From Sedimentisphaerales bacterium (GTDB lineage: Bacteria > Planctomycetota > Phycisphaerae > Sedimentisphaerales > Anaerobacaceae): a stretch of DNA of 64,000 bases. Both the position numbers and the translations under genes were made by a program. The stretch spans positions 7,168,001 to 7,232,000 of the forward strand of contig OY970194.1 of assembly GCA_963708075.1 (NCBI GenBank), given 5' to 3'. This document shows positions 62,572 to 64,000 of this stretch, one piece after another; position 1 is the first letter of the stretch, and the number at the start of each line of letters is the position of its first letter. Below the pieces are notes generated by a model, which had not been told where the DNA came from, did no database searches, and saw only the letters and a list, made by a program, of their open reading frames with translations.

Positions 62572-62661
62572 TATCGTCATCGCGGAGATACGAATGACCA
62601 TGTAGACCGCAAAAACAGGAACACAGTCGTGAATGCCCGGCTGTAGAAAGGGGAGAATGTC

Positions 62662-63963
62662 ATGGGGTGGAGAAACCTAGTGTGCGGCCATATCATCCTT
62701 ATGTTGGGGGTATGTGCCTACGGAGCGCCGGACCCGAACGAAAAGGGCAACTATGTGTCGCGACAGGAGTATGAGGCGCTGAAGAAAGAGCTCGATGACG
62801 TGAAGGGCCGACTTTCGGCGCGGGAAAAGGCCCCAGAATCGCAAGAACAAATCCAGCAGGAGATTGGGAGACTGAACAAGGAGGTGGCGAGAGCGCGGCA
62901 GATTGCCGAAGGCTCGGGTCTGGGCGACACGAGACTGCTGATCACCGGCAGCGCCGCGGCGGGCTATTTCGACCCGGAAGATGAATCCAGCACGTTCACG
63001 GCGGAATTCAATCCCATGCTGCTGTGGCAGTTGAACGAGCGGCTGTTCTTCGAAGGCGAGCTGGAGCTGGGGCTGGAAGGTCCGGAGTTGAACGGAGAGG
63101 GCTCGGAAACGGAAGCTGAGCTGGATTTGGCCTATCTGAGCTACCTGATCAATGACTACGCGGCAGTCAGCGCCGGAAAATTCTCCGTTCCATTCACAGC
63201 GTACCACAACCATCTCGATCCAAGCTGGATCAACAAATTGCCCATAGACCCGCTTGTCTATGCCGATGGCGGGATCGCGCCCGATACAGGCGTCGGCGCC
63301 TTCGTTACCGGTGCGGTTTCTTGCCGACGGGGGATATTCAACTACGCGGTATTTTTGACGAACGGTCCGGCGTTGATCACGGACGATCCCGAGAGCGCGG
63401 GCAGCTTGAACTTCGACAACTTCAACGACCTGAACAACAACAAGGCGCTGGGCGTGCGAATCGGGTACTTGCCCATTCCTCAACTGGAGGTCGGTTATTC
63501 GTTCGAGTTTTCGAGACCGAACCCCCCAGGTTTTGAGACCGTCCGTTCGACGATTCATGGCGTGGACCTCAACTATCTCGCGCGCATCGGAGCTGTCCAG
63601 GGCCAGGTGACGGCACGAGGCGCCTGGATTTGGTCGAATCTGCGCGACGCGACCTACGATCCGACGGGTCTGTTGGGATTCGGGCCGTTGCGTTTCGACA
63701 ACGATCGCAACGGCGGGTACGCCGAGCTCGCCTATCGTCCGACGGACGCCGGGGAACGGTGGCTGCGGAACCTCGAGTTTGCCCTGCGTTACGATAGGCT
63801 CGAAATACCTTCGGCGGCGCCCGGCGGAGGCACGCAGAGGCAATGGACCCCCGGCATCGACTACTGGCTGACGGCGCGGACCGTCCTCAAAGCGGCGTAC
63901 ACATTCGGTGAGAGTGGCGATGTCGCGGATATGTTCACACTGCAATTCGCTACAGGCTTTTGA
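62662..63963 (+). CDS. Outer-membrane beta-barrel porin with N-terminal coiled coil
   Basis: Signal peptide, heptad region (EYEALKKELDDVK...EIGRLNKEV), alternating amphipathic strands, and terminal LQFATGF (BAM-type Phe). Confidence 0.8.
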   Translation: MGWRNLVCGHIILMLGVCAYGAPDPNEKGNYVSRQEYEALKKELDDVKGRLSAREKAPESQEQIQQEIGRLNKEVARARQIAEGSGLGDTRLLITGSAAAGYFDPEDESSTFTAEFNPMLLWQLNERLFFEGELELGLEGPELNGEGSETEAELDLAYLSYLINDYAAVSAGKFSVPFTAYHNHLDPSWINKLPIDPLVYADGGIAPDTGVGAFVTGAVSCRRGIFNYAVFLTNGPALITDDPESAGSLNFDNFNDLNNNKALGVRIGYLPIPQLEVGYSFEFSRPNPPGFETVRSTIHGVDLNYLARIGAVQGQVTARGAWIWSNLRDATYDPTGLLGFGPLRFDNDRNGGYAELAYRPTDAGERWLRNLEFALRYDRLEIPSAAPGGGTQRQWTPGIDYWLTARTVLKAAYTFGESGDVADMFTLQFATGF

Positions 63964-63977
63964 GCAGGAGACTGTTA

Positions 63978-64000
63978 TGATACTCGGTGACTCGCATCAG
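63978..64000 (+). CDS. Start of a downstream gene (truncated by the window edge)
   Basis: AGGAG followed by ATG at 63978; the frame is open to the edge. Confidence 0.4.

Overview
GC-rich bacterial chromosomal segment. The gene content and style suggest a planctomycete, possibly Phycisphaerae/Sedimentisphaerales; this is an inference only. Left to right the window holds: a minus-strand type IV pilus cluster (PilV-like minor pilin, two paralogous pilins, pilC, pilT, pilB); an alpha-2-macroglobulin + PBP1C pair; a FixJ/NarL-type regulator beside a degenerate, His-less kinase-like protein; a carbohydrate locus (GH78 rhamnosidase fused to a DUF1593-like domain, three Tat-exported Gfo/Idh/MocA oxidoreductases, a Tat TIM-barrel protein, a HEAT-repeat protein); and a ~34 kb co-directional block. 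That block contains a lipoprotein, a rearranged alternative complex III (actB, fused actC-D, actF, actA), a cbb3-type oxidase (ccoN, ccoO fused to a second cytochrome), two tiny membrane proteins, an ActE-like cytochrome, DegP, a complete E. coli-type nuoA-N, transketolase, a HAD hydrolase, EmrAB and a porin. About 25 single-base frameshifts, mostly at 37.7-53 kb, look like long-read indel errors rather than decay. The most notable unexplained signals are a recurring intergenic motif GYAnTTnCCnYA that could link the regulator locus to the respiratory block, inverted 7-/8-/9-mer tandem-repeat hairpin elements (two of them inserted in frame inside actB), and the unusual ACIII-cbb3 architecture.
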